Position numbers and translations under genes: made by a program. A stretch of DNA of 64,000 nt from Deferrisomatales bacterium (GTDB lineage Bacteria; Desulfobacterota; Deferrisomatia; Deferrisomatales; JACRMM01), in contig JAWSUI010000001.1 of NCBI GenBank assembly GCA_033551855.1, forward strand, positions 32,001 to 96,000, read 5' to 3'. The notes under the pieces are model-generated. The model saw nothing but the letters and a program-made list of their open reading frames with translations, was not told the origin of the DNA and ran no database searches. This document shows, piece by piece, positions 1-10,700 of the stretch. How positions within the stretch are numbered: the first letter of the stretch is position 1; every line of letters begins with the position of its first letter.

Positions 1-1
1 C

Positions 2-1975
2 CTCCTCGTCCTCGACCAGGAGCACCGCCCGGGGCGTGAGTGGGTGTCCCGGCCGGGTTCCCGGGCGGGCCCGGGCGGAACGGCGCCGCCGCGCCGGCGC
101 CGCGGGCAGCCGAACGGTGAAGGTGCTGCCCTCGCCGGGTGCAGAGTCTACGAGGAGCTTCCCTCCCCAGCGCTGCACCGAGGCCTGCGCCGTGGACAGG
201 CCGAGCCCCACGCCCAGCTCCGCCGACTTCGTGCTGAAGAACGGGTCGAAGATCCTTTCCCGGAGGGCCTCGCTGATGCCGTGCCCGGTGTCGGCCACCT
301 CCAGATCGACCCACTCCTCCCCCGTGGTTTCCCGGCTCCGGCCCGCCCGGATCCGCAGCGTGCCGCCCCCGGACATCGCGTCGCGGCCGTTGAGTGCCAG
401 GTTGAGGAGCGCCGCCGTGAGCAGGGACCGGTCGGCCCGCACCGGCGGAAGCCCCTCATCGACCGACGTCTCCACGAGGATGTTCCGGGGGAGGGTGCGC
501 TCCAGGATCTGCCGCACCTCGTCCACGGAGGGTCCCACCTGGAGGAGCTCCTCGCGCCCGGGACGGCGGCGGGCCACGGAGAGGAGGTGGCGTGTCAGCT
601 CCCCCCCCCGCTGGCACAGGGCCTGGATTCGGTCCAACTCCGCCGCCCCGCGGGCCGAGCTTCTCAGGGCGAGCCTGGCGACGTACACGCAGCCGAGGAT
701 GCTTCCGAGCAGATTGTTGAAGTCGTGGGCCACTCCCCCGGCGAGGCGGCCCACCGCCTCCAGGGTCTGGCTGCGCCGGAGCTCCCGCTCCACGGCGGCC
801 CGCTCCCGCTCGGCCGCCCGCCGCCCGGAGACGTCCCGGAGGATCGCCCCCACGCTGTCCGCCCCGTCCTCCGTCCGGAAGCGGAAGCTGCTCACCTCCA
901 CCTCCAGGGAGCCCCCGTCGGCCATGAGCAGGCGCAGCTCCAAGGGCCCGACGGTCTCTCCCCGGGCGATGGCGTCCCGCTCCCCCCGGGAGCGGTCGCG
1001 GTCTTCGGGGTGGATCAGGAACTCCACCGGCCGGCCCAGGAGGGCTCCCGGCTTGTACCCCAGGAGATGCTCCGTGGCCGCGTTGACAAACCGGATGCGG
1101 CCCCTCCCGTCCACCAGGTGGATCATGTCGCTGGTGGCGTCGGCGATCTTGCGAAACCGCTCCTCGCTCGCTCGGAGGGCCTCCTCGGCGCTCTTCCGCT
1201 CGGTGATGTCCTGGATCTGGCTCACCGTGTGACGGGGCGCCCCCTCCCCGTCCCGGACGAGGGTCACGTCCAGTGATACCCAGCGGGGCTCGCCGCCGCG
1301 GGTCAGGTAGCGCTTCTCCAGGTGATACCCGGGGATCTCCCCGGTCAGGAGGCGGTGCATGAGGGCGCAGCTCCCCTCCCGATCCTCCGGGTGGGTCACG
1401 TCGAGGAACGACCGGCCCACGAGCTCCCGTTCCGGGATGCCGAGCAGATCGCACAGAGCGCGATTCACCTGGAGAAACCGCCCCTCGGGAGAACAAAGGG
1501 CCATGCCCAGCCCGGCCCCGTGGAAGGCGTTCTGGTAGCGCTCCTCGCTCTGGCGCAGCACCTCGTCCACGCGCTTGCGGTCCGAGATGTCTCGCACGCA
1601 GGCGAGCACCCGGTCTTGGCCGGCGACGACCGCCCGCCGCAGGCTCACCTCGGTCCAGAACAACCGCCCGCTGCGGTCCCGGTACAGCCACTCGAAGCGC
1701 TGGGGGCCCTTGCGCGTGGCGAGGGACACCCACCGCCGGGCGTCCGCCTGGGTGAAGGGGGGCTCGCCACTGCTGATGTCCCCGGCCGTCCTGCCCCGGA
1801 GCTCGTCGGGTGTCCACCCGAAGAGCTGGCAGGCGGCGGGGTTCACCTCCACGATCCCGCCGGTGAGCGTGTCGTGGACGAAGATGGCGTCGTCGAGGGC
1901 GTCGAAGACGGCCCGCCACGGCTCTCCCGCGGAATCACCCGGCGGGGCGCGCACAGGGGAGCTGGTGGGGGTCAC
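2..1975 (-). CDS. Multi-PAS hybrid sensor histidine kinase (3' end runs off the window, inside the receiver domain)
   Basis: Read manually on the minus strand from GTG at 1975 (GGAGG upstream). PAS-like repeats, H-box RLAGGVAHDFNNL, IFDPFFSTK, then AVLLVEDEE (start of REC) at the window edge. Absent from the ORF track because there is no stop in the window. Confidence 0.88.
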   Translation of the reverse strand, partial: MTPTSSPVRAPPGDSAGEPWRAVFDALDDAIFVHDTLTGGIVEVNPAACQLFGWTPDELRGRTAGDISSGEPPFTQADARRWVSLATRKGPQRFEWLYRDRSGRLFWTEVSLRRAVVAGQDRVLACVRDISDRKRVDEVLRQSEERYQNAFHGAGLGMALCSPEGRFLQVNRALCDLLGIPERELVGRSFLDVTHPEDREGSCALMHRLLTGEIPGYHLEKRYLTRGGEPRWVSLDVTLVRDGEGAPRHTVSQIQDITERKSAEEALRASEERFRKIADATSDMIHLVDGRGRIRFVNAATEHLLGYKPGALLGRPVEFLIHPEDRDRSRGERDAIARGETVGPLELRLLMADGGSLEVEVSSFRFRTEDGADSVGAILRDVSGRRAAERERAAVERELRRSQTLEAVGRLAGGVAHDFNNLLGSILGCVYVARLALRSSARGAAELDRIQALCQRGGELTRHLLSVARRRPGREELLQVGPSVDEVRQILERTLPRNILVETSVDEGLPPVRADRSLLTAALLNLALNGRDAMSGGGTLRIRAGRSRETTGEEWVDLEVADTGHGISEALRERIFDPFFSTKSAELGVGLGLSTAQASVQRWGGKLLVDSAPGEGSTFTVRLPAAPARRRRSARARPGTRPGHPLTPRAVLLVEDEE

Positions 1976-2017
1976 GGTCCCTCCGCTGAGGCGGGGCGCC
2001 TCTTCGGTCGTCCTAGC

Positions 2018-2048
2018 GCAGAAGGCCCGGGTGCGCCGGGCCTTCTGC
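2018..2048 (-). terminator. Stem-loop downstream of ferritin
   Basis: GCAGAAGGCCCGG-gtgcg-CCGGGCCTTCTGC, a 13-bp perfect inverted repeat 20 nt after the ferritin stop; U-tract weak. Confidence 0.5.
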
Positions 2049-2068
2049 CCAAAGGAGGCGCTCGGTCC

Positions 2069-2578
2069 TCACGTTCCCGGCGGGGGGGTGAAGACGCGCT
2101 GGCCGGCCTCCTGGTCGAGGAGCAGAACCCCCCGGCCGTCCCCTTTGACCATCTTGAGCTTGCGCACGTAGGCCGTTACGCTCGCCTCCTCCTCCACCTG
2201 CTCGGTGACGAACCACTGGAGGAAGATTTGGGCGGCGTGGTTGCTCTCCTTGCGGGCCAGGTCCATCAGGTCGTTGATCCGCGAGGTCACGAACTGCTCG
2301 TGCTTCAGGGCGGTCTCGAAGGCCTCCAGGGGGGTCCGGTACGCGGAACGGACGGCGTCCATCCCGCGCAGATCCGCCTGGCCCCCCGCCTCGAGGACGA
2401 AGCCGAAGAACTTCTCCCCGTGGGTGAGCTCCTCCAGAGCCTGCACGCGGAACCAGTTTCCGAACCCCTTCAGCTCCTCCCCTTCGAAGTATGCCTGCAT
2501 CCCCTTGTAGATGTAGGCGGAGTAGAACTCGTTCTTCATCTGCTCGTTCAGGGCGTCCTGCAGTTTCTTGCTGAGCAT
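2069..2578 (-). CDS. ftnA: Non-heme ferritin
   Basis: MLSKKLQDALNEQMKNEFYSAYIY...QALEELTHG...FLQWFVTEQVEEE ferroxidase motifs; GAGGAGG SD before ATG 2578. Confidence 0.93.
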   Translation of the reverse strand: MLSKKLQDALNEQMKNEFYSAYIYKGMQAYFEGEELKGFGNWFRVQALEELTHGEKFFGFVLEAGGQADLRGMDAVRSAYRTPLEAFETALKHEQFVTSRINDLMDLARKESNHAAQIFLQWFVTEQVEEEASVTAYVRKLKMVKGDGRGVLLLDQEAGQRVFTPPPGT

Positions 2579-2715
2579 GGGCACCTCCTCTGAGTTCCAT
2601 GGGCGGCCCCGGCCCGCCGTCCCCCGGCAGGGTACCATCGATCCTCCAGCCTTCCAGGCCCCCTCGCCCGGCCCGCGGCCCCTCCGGCGCAACGCCCGCC
2701 GGCCCCGCGCTACTC

Positions 2716-2907
2716 CTACCGGAGCTGCGCGGCGAAGGCCTTCATGGAGCGGTCGTAGGTGCGCTCCGCTTCCGGGGTGAAGTAGCACCCCACCATCTCG
2801 TTCCTCTCGCGGTGGTAGGCGATGCACCGGCAGCAGGCCCCCCGCTTGTCGCAGGAGGTGTACGTGCAGGAGCACAGGGATGCGTTGGCTTTCTGGGTGC
2901 AGTCCAT
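2716..2907 (-). CDS. Small Cys-rich protein (DUF6485-like)
   Basis: CSCTYTSCDKRGACCRCIAYHR...GCYF...ERTYDRS; GGAGGAGG SD. Confidence 0.8.
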   Translation of the reverse strand: MDCTQKANASLCSCTYTSCDKRGACCRCIAYHRERNEMVGCYFTPEAERTYDRSMKAFAAQLR

Positions 2908-3112
2908 CGGCGGCCTCCTCCCCGGGGTTTCGAGAAAGCATACGAAAGATCGGGGAGCGCGGGCAAGGACCGCAGGCGCCCGGACCCACCGCCCGACACG
3001 TGCTCATGGCCGGGGAGCCCCTCCGAGACCCGTCGCAACCCGGGGGGGCGCGGCGGCGCTGGCCGGTGCGGGCGGCCTCGGCCGTCCTTGGCGGGCCGCC
3101 GGAGGAGGAACC

Positions 3113-3793
3113 TCAGAACAAGCGGCGCAATCCCGCGCCCCAGAAGTCGGAGCCCCCGTGCACCCCGTCGTGGAGGCCGAAGACCCCGGAGCGGTGGTGC
3201 TGGCGGAGGGAGAGGCTCCAGCGCTGTTCCCCAGGAAGAGCCAGGGTGATCTCGAAGAGGAGGTAGTTCAGGAGCCGCGTCGAGCGCCCGTGCCGCCGGA
3301 TCTCCACCTCGGGCACCCGGGTGGCGTAAGAGAGACCGTCGCCCACTGCGACGGAGGTGGGCAGGTAAGCGTTCCACGGGAAGGCGAGCCACCGCAGGAT
3401 CACGAGGCCGTTCGCCTCGCCGTGGGTCTGGAGCCCCATGTGCTTGACCGCCTGTACCTCCGCCTCCCAGCGGGCCCAGTGGCCGTGCCGTCCCACCGTC
3501 TGGGCAAGTCCCAGGGCCAGGAGATAGGAGTCGAAGGTGCCCGCCCGGAAGGCCGTGGTCTTCCCCACGGACTCGTTCGAGGCCAGCCCTGCGAAGACCG
3601 TGGCGAAGCGCTCCCCGGCCCCGGCCGGCGAGGCAAACCCGGCAGCGGCAAGGAACCAGACCAGGGCCGGGAGGACCCGCCACCGCCCCGGCCGCGCCGG
3701 GGCAGGCTGCCCCTCGTCCCGGCCGGAGCGGGGGCTTCCGGGCCCCCCCGAGGGGGAGCGTCTCCTTCCGTGCTGCGAGCGCTCGCTGTTCAC
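3113..3793 (-). CDS. Putative outer-membrane beta-barrel, PagL/acyloxyacyl-hydrolase-like (start uncertain)
   Basis: Signal-peptide-like VLPALVWFLAAAGFASPAGA, amphipathic strands, HHRSG motif near the C-terminus, terminal Phe. Confidence 0.6.
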   Translation of the reverse strand: MNSERSQHGRRRSPSGGPGSPRSGRDEGQPAPARPGRWRVLPALVWFLAAAGFASPAGAGERFATVFAGLASNESVGKTTAFRAGTFDSYLLALGLAQTVGRHGHWARWEAEVQAVKHMGLQTHGEANGLVILRWLAFPWNAYLPTSVAVGDGLSYATRVPEVEIRRHGRSTRLLNYLLFEITLALPGEQRWSLSLRQHHRSGVFGLHDGVHGGSDFWGAGLRRLF

Positions 3794-3968
3794 CGAGATA
3801 CCCTGCCCTCCCTCGCCGCCCGCGCTCCGGGGACCTTCTCCCGGGCGGACCGCATCCTGCCACAGGAGGTGGCCCTGGGGCCAGCCCGGCCCGACAGCCC
3901 CGGAGCGGGTTGGGCCACCCGCCCGGTTCCCGGGCACCGCCGCAGGCCGGGCGCCGAATAGAACACAG

Positions 3969-3996
3969 TTGCACGTACCGCCCTCGATGGTATGAT
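3969..3996 (+). promoter_or_regulatory. Putative sigma70 promoter for the kinase/NtrC pair
   Basis: TTGCAC-16 nt-TATGAT with an extended -10 (TGnTATGAT). Confidence 0.5.
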
Positions 3997-4131
3997 CGGG
4001 GGCGAACCAGGGGCGCCCAAGCCCTGGGCGCTTGCGTCGCATCTGTGCGCCAGTGCGCTGAACACCCCCTGCGCGCGAGGGTCTTGCCAGAACGACGTAT
4101 CGGATCTTCTCAACCCGGCGCACGAGATTCG

Positions 4132-5634
4132 ATGGCCGTATCCAACCGGGAAGACAGCCGCCTCAAGCTCCTCGCCGACCTGGTGGAGGAGAGCGAGGAC
4201 CCGGCCGTGGCATTTCGCCCCGCGAGGGGCAAGATCGCCTACGCCAACCGGGCCTTTCGTGAGCTGACCGGGAGCTCCCCGGAGGACGTTCTCCGGAGGG
4301 GCCTCTACTTCTGTCTCGGCGACCGGGCCGGCAGCCAGACCCGAGAGGCGGTCCGCCCGCTCCTGGAGGGAACGGCCGGCCGGGTATCGATCGAGCTCAC
4401 CCTGGAACGGCCCCTCTGCCCCCCCCGAGTCCTGGACGCCACCTTCAGCCTGGTGCGACCCAGCCCGCAGCGGCCCGTGGTGGCGGCACGGCTGCACGAC
4501 ACCACGGCCCGGTCCGAGCGAGAGCGGGCACAGGCCTCCCGGCTGCGTTTCCTCTCCAGCATCATCGAGGGTTCCCTGCAGTGCATCATCGTCACCGACA
4601 TGCGGGGCAGGATCGAGGTGTTCAACCGGGGAGCCCAGAAGCTGCTCGGGTATCACGCCGGAGAGGTGGTGCGGCGCAAGTACGTCCAGGACCTGTACGA
4701 CGGGGAGGCGGGCCGTGACGTGCTGGCCCGCGTGCGGGAGCCGACCCACGACGGCCCCGGGGTGCTCGACCGGTACCAGGCGATCCTGATCGGGAAGAAC
4801 CGCAGCCGGATCCCGGTGTGGATGACGGTGCACCTGCTGTACGACGAGGCCAGCCGGGAGGCGGGGACCGTCTCGTACATCCAGGACACCCGAGACATCG
4901 TGGAGATGGAGCGGAAGCTCGAGGAGGTGCAGCTGCAGCTGATCCACGCCGACAAGATGGCGTCCTTGGGGAAGCTCGCCGCCGGCGTGGCCCACGAAAT
5001 CAACAACCCCCTGGGGGGAATCCTCCTCTTCGGGGGGCTCCTGCTGGAGGACATGGACTTCTCCAACCCCTTCCGGGAGGACATGGACCGCATCGTCCAA
5101 GAGGCCCGGCGCTGCCGCGAAATCGTCAACTCCCTCCTGGACTTCGCCCACCAGAAGAAGCGCTACCACGAGCCCGTGGACCTCAACGCGGCGGTGGAGC
5201 AGTGCCTCTCTCTCCTCGGGAACAAGGCGCTGTTCCACAACATCCGGGTGGAATCGCACCTCGCCGAGGGGCTGCCCCCGGCCACGGGAAACCCCAGCCA
5301 GATCAAGCAGGTGTTCACCAACATCGTGACCAACGCGGTGGACGCCATGGAGGGGGAGGGCCTGCTCACCCTCTCTTCGCGTTTCGAGCCGGAGGCCGGC
5401 GTGGTGTCGGTGTCGTTCACCGACACGGGGCCCGGCATCCCGGCGGAGATCCGAAACCGGATCTTCGACCCGTTCTTCACCACCAAGGAGCCCGGCAAGG
5501 GTACCGGCCTGGGCCTGAGCCTCTGTTACAACATCATCCGCATGCACCGGGGAGACATCCGCTTGACCTGCGGGCCGGGGGGCGGCACCACCTTCACGGT
5601 CGTCCTGCCGGTCTCGGAAGAGGAGGGACCGTGA
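4132..5634 (+). CDS. PAS-PAS sensor histidine kinase (NtrB-like)
   Basis: Two PAS regions, H-box [47 protein letters not shown]. Confidence 0.93.
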   Translation: MAVSNREDSRLKLLADLVEESEDPAVAFRPARGKIAYANRAFRELTGSSPEDVLRRGLYFCLGDRAGSQTREAVRPLLEGTAGRVSIELTLERPLCPPRVLDATFSLVRPSPQRPVVAARLHDTTARSERERAQASRLRFLSSIIEGSLQCIIVTDMRGRIEVFNRGAQKLLGYHAGEVVRRKYVQDLYDGEAGRDVLARVREPTHDGPGVLDRYQAILIGKNRSRIPVWMTVHLLYDEASREAGTVSYIQDTRDIVEMERKLEEVQLQLIHADKMASLGKLAAGVAHEINNPLGGILLFGGLLLEDMDFSNPFREDMDRIVQEARRCREIVNSLLDFAHQKKRYHEPVDLNAAVEQCLSLLGNKALFHNIRVESHLAEGLPPATGNPSQIKQVFTNIVTNAVDAMEGEGLLTLSSRFEPEAGVVSVSFTDTGPGIPAEIRNRIFDPFFTTKEPGKGTGLGLSLCYNIIRMHRGDIRLTCGPGGGTTFTVVLPVSEEEGP

Positions 5635-6962
5635 GAGCCCTCATCGTCGACGACGAGCGCTCCATCCGCGAGGGCCTGGCAAAGACCCTCAAGCGCATGG
5701 GTCACGACTCGGTGGCGGTGGACAACGGCTCCGAGGCCGTGGAGGCGTTCACCCGGGGGGGGTGCGACCTCGTCTTCCTCGACCTGAAGATGCCGGGGAT
5801 CGACGGCATGGAGACCCTGGCCCGCCTCAAGGAAGCCGATCCCGAGGTGATCATCGTCATGATCACCGGCTACCCTTCGGTGGAGAACGTCCTCAAGGCC
5901 TTTCGGCTGGGGGCCTACGACTACATGCCCAAGCCCTTTTCCCCCCAGGAGGTCCGGATCATCACGGCCCGGGCCGAGGAGAGGCGGCGCCTGCGGTTCG
6001 CCAACGAGCAGCTGCGCCGGCAGCTCAAGGCCGCCAAAGGCGACGCCTTCGTCATCAGCCGCAGCTCGGCGATGCGCGAGGTCAACGCCTTGATCGACAA
6101 GGTGGCCCGCACCGACGGCAACGTGCTCCTGACCGGAGAGAGCGGTACGGGAAAGGAGGTCATCGCCCGGACCATCTACGAGCTCTCGCCCCGCAAAGAC
6201 CAGGAGTTCGTGGCCGTGGACTGCTCGATGCTGGCCGAGCCGCTTCTGGAGAGCGAGCTCTTCGGGCACGTGAAGGGGGCATTCACCGGGGCCGAGGCCC
6301 CGAAGCGGGGACTCTTCGAGCTCGCCGACGGGGGCACGTTCTTCCTGGACGAGGTGGGCAACCTCTCCCCCGGCATCCAGTCCAAGCTCCTGCGGGTGGT
6401 CCAGGAGCGGCAGATCAAACCCGTGGGCGGAACCGCCGTGAAGACCGTGGACGTGCGCCTGATCGCGGCCACCAACGCCGACCTCCACGAAGCCATCCGC
6501 CAGGGCCGTTTTCGGGAAGACCTGTACTACCGCCTGGCCGTCTTCCCGATCCACCTGCCCCCCCTGAAGGAGCGGGCCGAGGACATCCCGGAGCTGGTCG
6601 CCTTCTTCGTGGCCAAGTACGGGGCCAAGGCGCGCAAGCGGTTCCGGGAGGTCTCCCCGTCCTTTCTGGCCGTGCTGTCTTCCTACGACTTCCCCGGGAA
6701 CATCCGGGAGCTCGAGAACATCGTCCAGCGGGCCGTGGTCATCGAGGACTCCGAGGTGCTTCGCCCCTCGAGTCTCCCCGCCTACCTCCTGAAGAACCAG
6801 CCGGGGGAGCAAAAGCGCTTCCCGACCCTGGCCGAGCTCGAGCGGGACCATGTGTCCCTGGTGCTGCGGGCCTGCGGCGACCGCCGGGCCCAGGCGGCCC
6901 AGGTGCTGGGGATCGACCGCAAGACGCTCTACCGAAAGCTCAAGGAGTACGGGCTGGGCTGA
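5631..6962 (+). CDS. Sigma54-dependent response regulator (NtrC family: REC-AAA+-Fis HTH)
   Basis: GTGA overlap with the kinase; LIVDDE, DLKMP, GESGTGKE, ESELFGHVKGAFTGA, FLDEV, FREDLYYRL, AAQVLGIDRKTLYRKL. Confidence 0.96.
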   Translation: MRALIVDDERSIREGLAKTLKRMGHDSVAVDNGSEAVEAFTRGGCDLVFLDLKMPGIDGMETLARLKEADPEVIIVMITGYPSVENVLKAFRLGAYDYMPKPFSPQEVRIITARAEERRRLRFANEQLRRQLKAAKGDAFVISRSSAMREVNALIDKVARTDGNVLLTGESGTGKEVIARTIYELSPRKDQEFVAVDCSMLAEPLLESELFGHVKGAFTGAEAPKRGLFELADGGTFFLDEVGNLSPGIQSKLLRVVQERQIKPVGGTAVKTVDVRLIAATNADLHEAIRQGRFREDLYYRLAVFPIHLPPLKERAEDIPELVAFFVAKYGAKARKRFREVSPSFLAVLSSYDFPGNIRELENIVQRAVVIEDSEVLRPSSLPAYLLKNQPGEQKRFPTLAELERDHVSLVLRACGDRRAQAAQVLGIDRKTLYRKLKEYGLG

Positions 6963-6966
6963 GGCC

Positions 6967-7071
6967 GGGGGCGAAGTGCCCCACCCGAGAACCCGCATCC
7001 GGCGCCGTTTTGCCCTGGGGAGCCGGGACCCGACCCCGGGGGACGCCCAACTTTTGGGGCAGGATGCCCCA
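6967..7071. promoter_or_regulatory. Two candidate enhancer (UAS) palindromes for a sigma54 activator
   Basis: TGGGGCA-GGA-TGCCCCA (7055-7071) and the similar GGGGGCG-AAG-TGCCCCA (6967-6983), about 75-180 bp upstream of a -24/-12 box. Confidence 0.5.
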
Positions 7072-7143
7072 GATCCAGGGGCCCCAAACGCGGCGGCCCC
7101 TTCGCCGAGAAAAAACACGAGTAATTCCAATTGGTTACACGCA

Positions 7144-7160
7144 TGGCACGGTCGTTGCTA
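7144..7160 (+). promoter_or_regulatory. Sigma54 (-24/-12) promoter of the hdr/met operon
   Basis: TGGCACGGTCGTTGCTA matches TGGCACG-N4-TTGCW; an AT-rich tract at 7110-7137 may be an IHF site. Confidence 0.85.
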
Positions 7161-7222
7161 TCCCACAAGGGCAACGGCGGGGATTTTCCGGGCCCTCGCG
7201 GCCCCCGACAAAGGAGGATGCC

Positions 7223-7702
7223 ATGCAGACCAGACCCGACGTCATGATCCTCGACACCGACCGCAGCCGCAGCAAGTCCCTCCGGAGAATCCTTCAAGAC
7301 GGGCGGCAGGACGTGAGGGTGGAAGAGGTCGCCGAGGTCGCGAGCGCCCGCGGGGCCATCCTCTCCCGGCGACCCGCCCTGGTGCTGCTCCACTCCACCT
7401 TCCCGTATCTCGAGGGGGACGGCACGGGGCTTCTCGAGCTCATCCAGGACGACTTCCGCAACAGCAACATCGGCGTGATGCTGGTGCTGCCCATCTCGGG
7501 TTCCCTGCTGTACCGGTCCGGGTACCAGGAGGGCATGGAGATGCTCGAGATGGCCGACGACCTGATCACCACCGACTACACGAGCGACATGATCCAGTCC
7601 GTGGTCTGCGACTACCTGGGTCGGCGCGCCGCCGCCACGGAGAGCGTGGTGGAGGCCGCAGGCACCCCCGAGTACGCCTTCGTGCCCACGAAGCGCGTTT
7701 GA
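7223..7702 (+). CDS. Atypical stand-alone receiver (CheY-like) protein
   Basis: AAGGAGG SD; VMILDTD...PALVLLHSTFP...DGTGLLELI follows the REC pattern, with His at the usual phospho-Asp position. Confidence 0.7.
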   Translation: MQTRPDVMILDTDRSRSKSLRRILQDGRQDVRVEEVAEVASARGAILSRRPALVLLHSTFPYLEGDGTGLLELIQDDFRNSNIGVMLVLPISGSLLYRSGYQEGMEMLEMADDLITTDYTSDMIQSVVCDYLGRRAAATESVVEAAGTPEYAFVPTKRV

Positions 7703-7793
7703 GAGGTCCGTTCGCGGATACGGTGACGCACCGGGAGCGTCCGCGGGGACGCGCAGGCCCTGGGGGGGGCGCGGGATAGCGGGAGAAGAATCG

Positions 7794-10700
7794 ATGGCGA
7801 GCGGCAAGAGCCCCACGGGGGCGGTGCTGGTGGTGGGAGGGGGCATCGCCGGGATCCAGGCGAGCCTGGACCTGGCGGAGAGCGGCTACAAGGTCTACCT
7901 GGCGGAGAGCCGCTCCGCCATCGGGGGCCACATGGCCCAGTTGGACAAGACCTTCCCCACCAACGACTGCGCCATGTGCACCATCAGCCCCAAGCTGGTG
8001 GACGCGGGCCGCCACCTGAACATCGAGATCCTGACCGGCGCGGAGGTCCTCGCCCTCGAAGGCGAGGCAGGGGACTTCCGGGCCAGGCTCCGCCGCCACC
8101 CCCGCTACATCGACCCCGCCAAGTGCACGGCCTGCGGCGACTGCGAGAAGGTGTGCCCGGTGGAGATCCCGGGCCGCTTCGACGAAGGCCTCGTGCGCCA
8201 GCGGGCTGCCCACAAGCTGTACCCCCAGGCCGTCCCGAACGCTTACGCCATCGAGAAGATCGGGGTCAGCCCCTGCCGCGACGCGTGCCCCGCGGGCCAG
8301 CGGGCCCAGGGGTACATCGCCCACATTCGCAACGGGGACTACGAGGCGGCGTTCCGGACGATCAAGCTCGACAACCCCTTCCCCGCCATCTGCGGGCGCA
8401 TCTGCAACCACCGGTGCGAAGACGCGTGCAACCGGGCCAAGCTCGACCAGGCCCTGGACATCCGTGCGCTGAAGCGCTTCGTCACCGACCACGAGTATGC
8501 CAAGCCCTACCAGCCGCCGGAGCCGGCGGCTCGGCGCTACGAGGAACGGGTCGCGATCATCGGCGCGGGCCCGTGCGGGCTCTCGGCAGCCAAGGACCTG
8601 TGCCTGGAGGGGTACGGGGTCACCGTGTACGAGGCGCTGCCCGTGGCCGGAGGGATGCTTCGGGTGGGCGTGCCCCAGTACCGGCTGCCCACCGAAGTGA
8701 TCGACAGGGAGGTCCAGGAGATTGTCGACTACGGCGTGGACTTGCGGCTGGAGTCCCCCGTGACGAACGTGGAGGAGCTCTTCGCCCAAGGCTACGCGGC
8801 GGTCCTCATCGCGGTGGGGGCCCACGAGGGCATCCGGCTGCCCATCGAGGGGGCCGACCTTCCCGGGGTGCTCACCAACACCTCGTTCCTGCGCGACGTG
8901 CGGCTCGGGTCCCCCCCGGAGCTGGGGGAGAGGGTAGTCGTCATCGGGGCCGGCGACGTGGCCATGGACTGCGCCCGCACCTCCGTGCGCCTCGGCCGTC
9001 AGGTGGCGGTGCACTACCGCCGAAGCCGGGAGGAAGCCCCCGCCGACCCCCTGGAGATCGCGCACGCCCTGGAGGAGGGGGTGGACTTCCACTGGCTCTC
9101 CAACCCCGTGGCGGTGCTCGCCGGACCGGACGGCCGGGTGCGGGGGCTCCGCCTCCAGCGCATGGCCCTCGGCGCCCCGGACGAGAAGGGGCGGCGGCGC
9201 CCGGCCCCCGTCGAGGGCTCCGAGTACGAGGTCCCGTGCGACAACGTGATCTTCTCCGTGGGGCAGAGGGCCGGTCTCGCGTTCCTGCCCCCCGACACGG
9301 GGGTGGCAATCGGGGGGGACAACACGGTCACCGTGGACCCCGAGACCTTCGCCACCTCGCGGCCGGGGCTGTTCGCGGCGGGGGACAGCACCACAGGGAC
9401 GGCCTTCCTGATCGACGCCGTGGCTTCCGGCCACCGGGCGGCCCGGGGCATCCACGCGCACTTGAGGGGCGAGCCGCTGCGGCGCACCGCGAAGGAGCGC
9501 CTGCCCGTGGCAGATATCCCGCGTGAGGCCCTGGTGGCCGGCGCCGACCGGGGGGAGCTCCGCCGGGAGGGACGTCTCCACGTGCGCAACCTAGACGCCT
9601 CCGAGCGCCGCCGCAGCTTCGACGAGGTGGCCTTGGGGTACACCGAGGCGGAGGCCCGTCACGAGGCGGAACGCTGCCTCTCCTGCGGTGTCTGCTCCGA
9701 GTGCTACGCCTGCGTGGAGGCCTGCAAGGCCGGCGCGGTGGTCCACGAGGAGCTGGAGCAGGAGGAGTGGCTCCAGGTCGGCGCCGTCGTCCTGGCGCCG
9801 GGGTACGAGCTCTACGACGCCCGCCTGAGCCAGGAGTTCGGCCTCGGCCGCTACCCCAACGTGGTAACGGCCATGCAGTTCGAGCGCATGCTCTCGGCCT
9901 CCGGCCCAACCCACGGCCACGTGAGGCGTCCCGGTGACGGGACCGTCCCGAAGCGGATCGCGTTCCTCCAGTGCGTCGGGAGCCGGGACCAGAACCACGA
10001 CTACTGCTCGAGCGTGTGCTGCATGTACGCGGCCAAGGAAGCCATCATGGCCGTGGAGCACGAGCCCGGAACCGAGGTGACCGTGTTCTTCATGGACACC
10101 CGGTCCTTCTCCAAGGGCTATGACGAGTACTACCGCCGCGCCCGCGAGCGTTACGGGATCCGCTACGAGCGGTGCCGGGTCTCGCGCCTGACCGAGGACC
10201 CTGCGAGCGGCGCGCTCACCGTACGGTACGTACGGGACGGCGCCCTGCGCCAAGAGCCCTTCGACCTGGTGGTCCTCTCGGTGGGGATGGAGGTCTCCCC
10301 GTCCGTGAGGGAGCTGGGCGGCCGGTTGGGGGTGGAGCTCGACGAGTACGGCTTCTGCCACACCACCCTCTTCAACCCCCTGGAGTCGAGCCGGCCCGGG
10401 GTCTTCGTGGCCGGCCCCTTCCGGGAGCCCAAGGACATCCCGGAGACCGTAGTGGAGGCGAGCGGCGCGGCCTCCCGGGCGGGTACCCTCCTGTCGTCCG
10501 CCCGGGGCACCCTGACCCGGCTGCCGGAGTACCCGCCCGAGCGCGACGTGGAGGGAGAGGAGCCTCGTGTGGGGGTCTTCGTCTGCCACTGCGGGTCGAA
10601 CATCGGGGGCTACCTGGACGTGCCGTCGGTGGCCGACTACGCCGGCGGCCTGCCCGGGGTCTCCCACGCCGAGGCGAACCTCTACACCTGCTCCCAGGAC

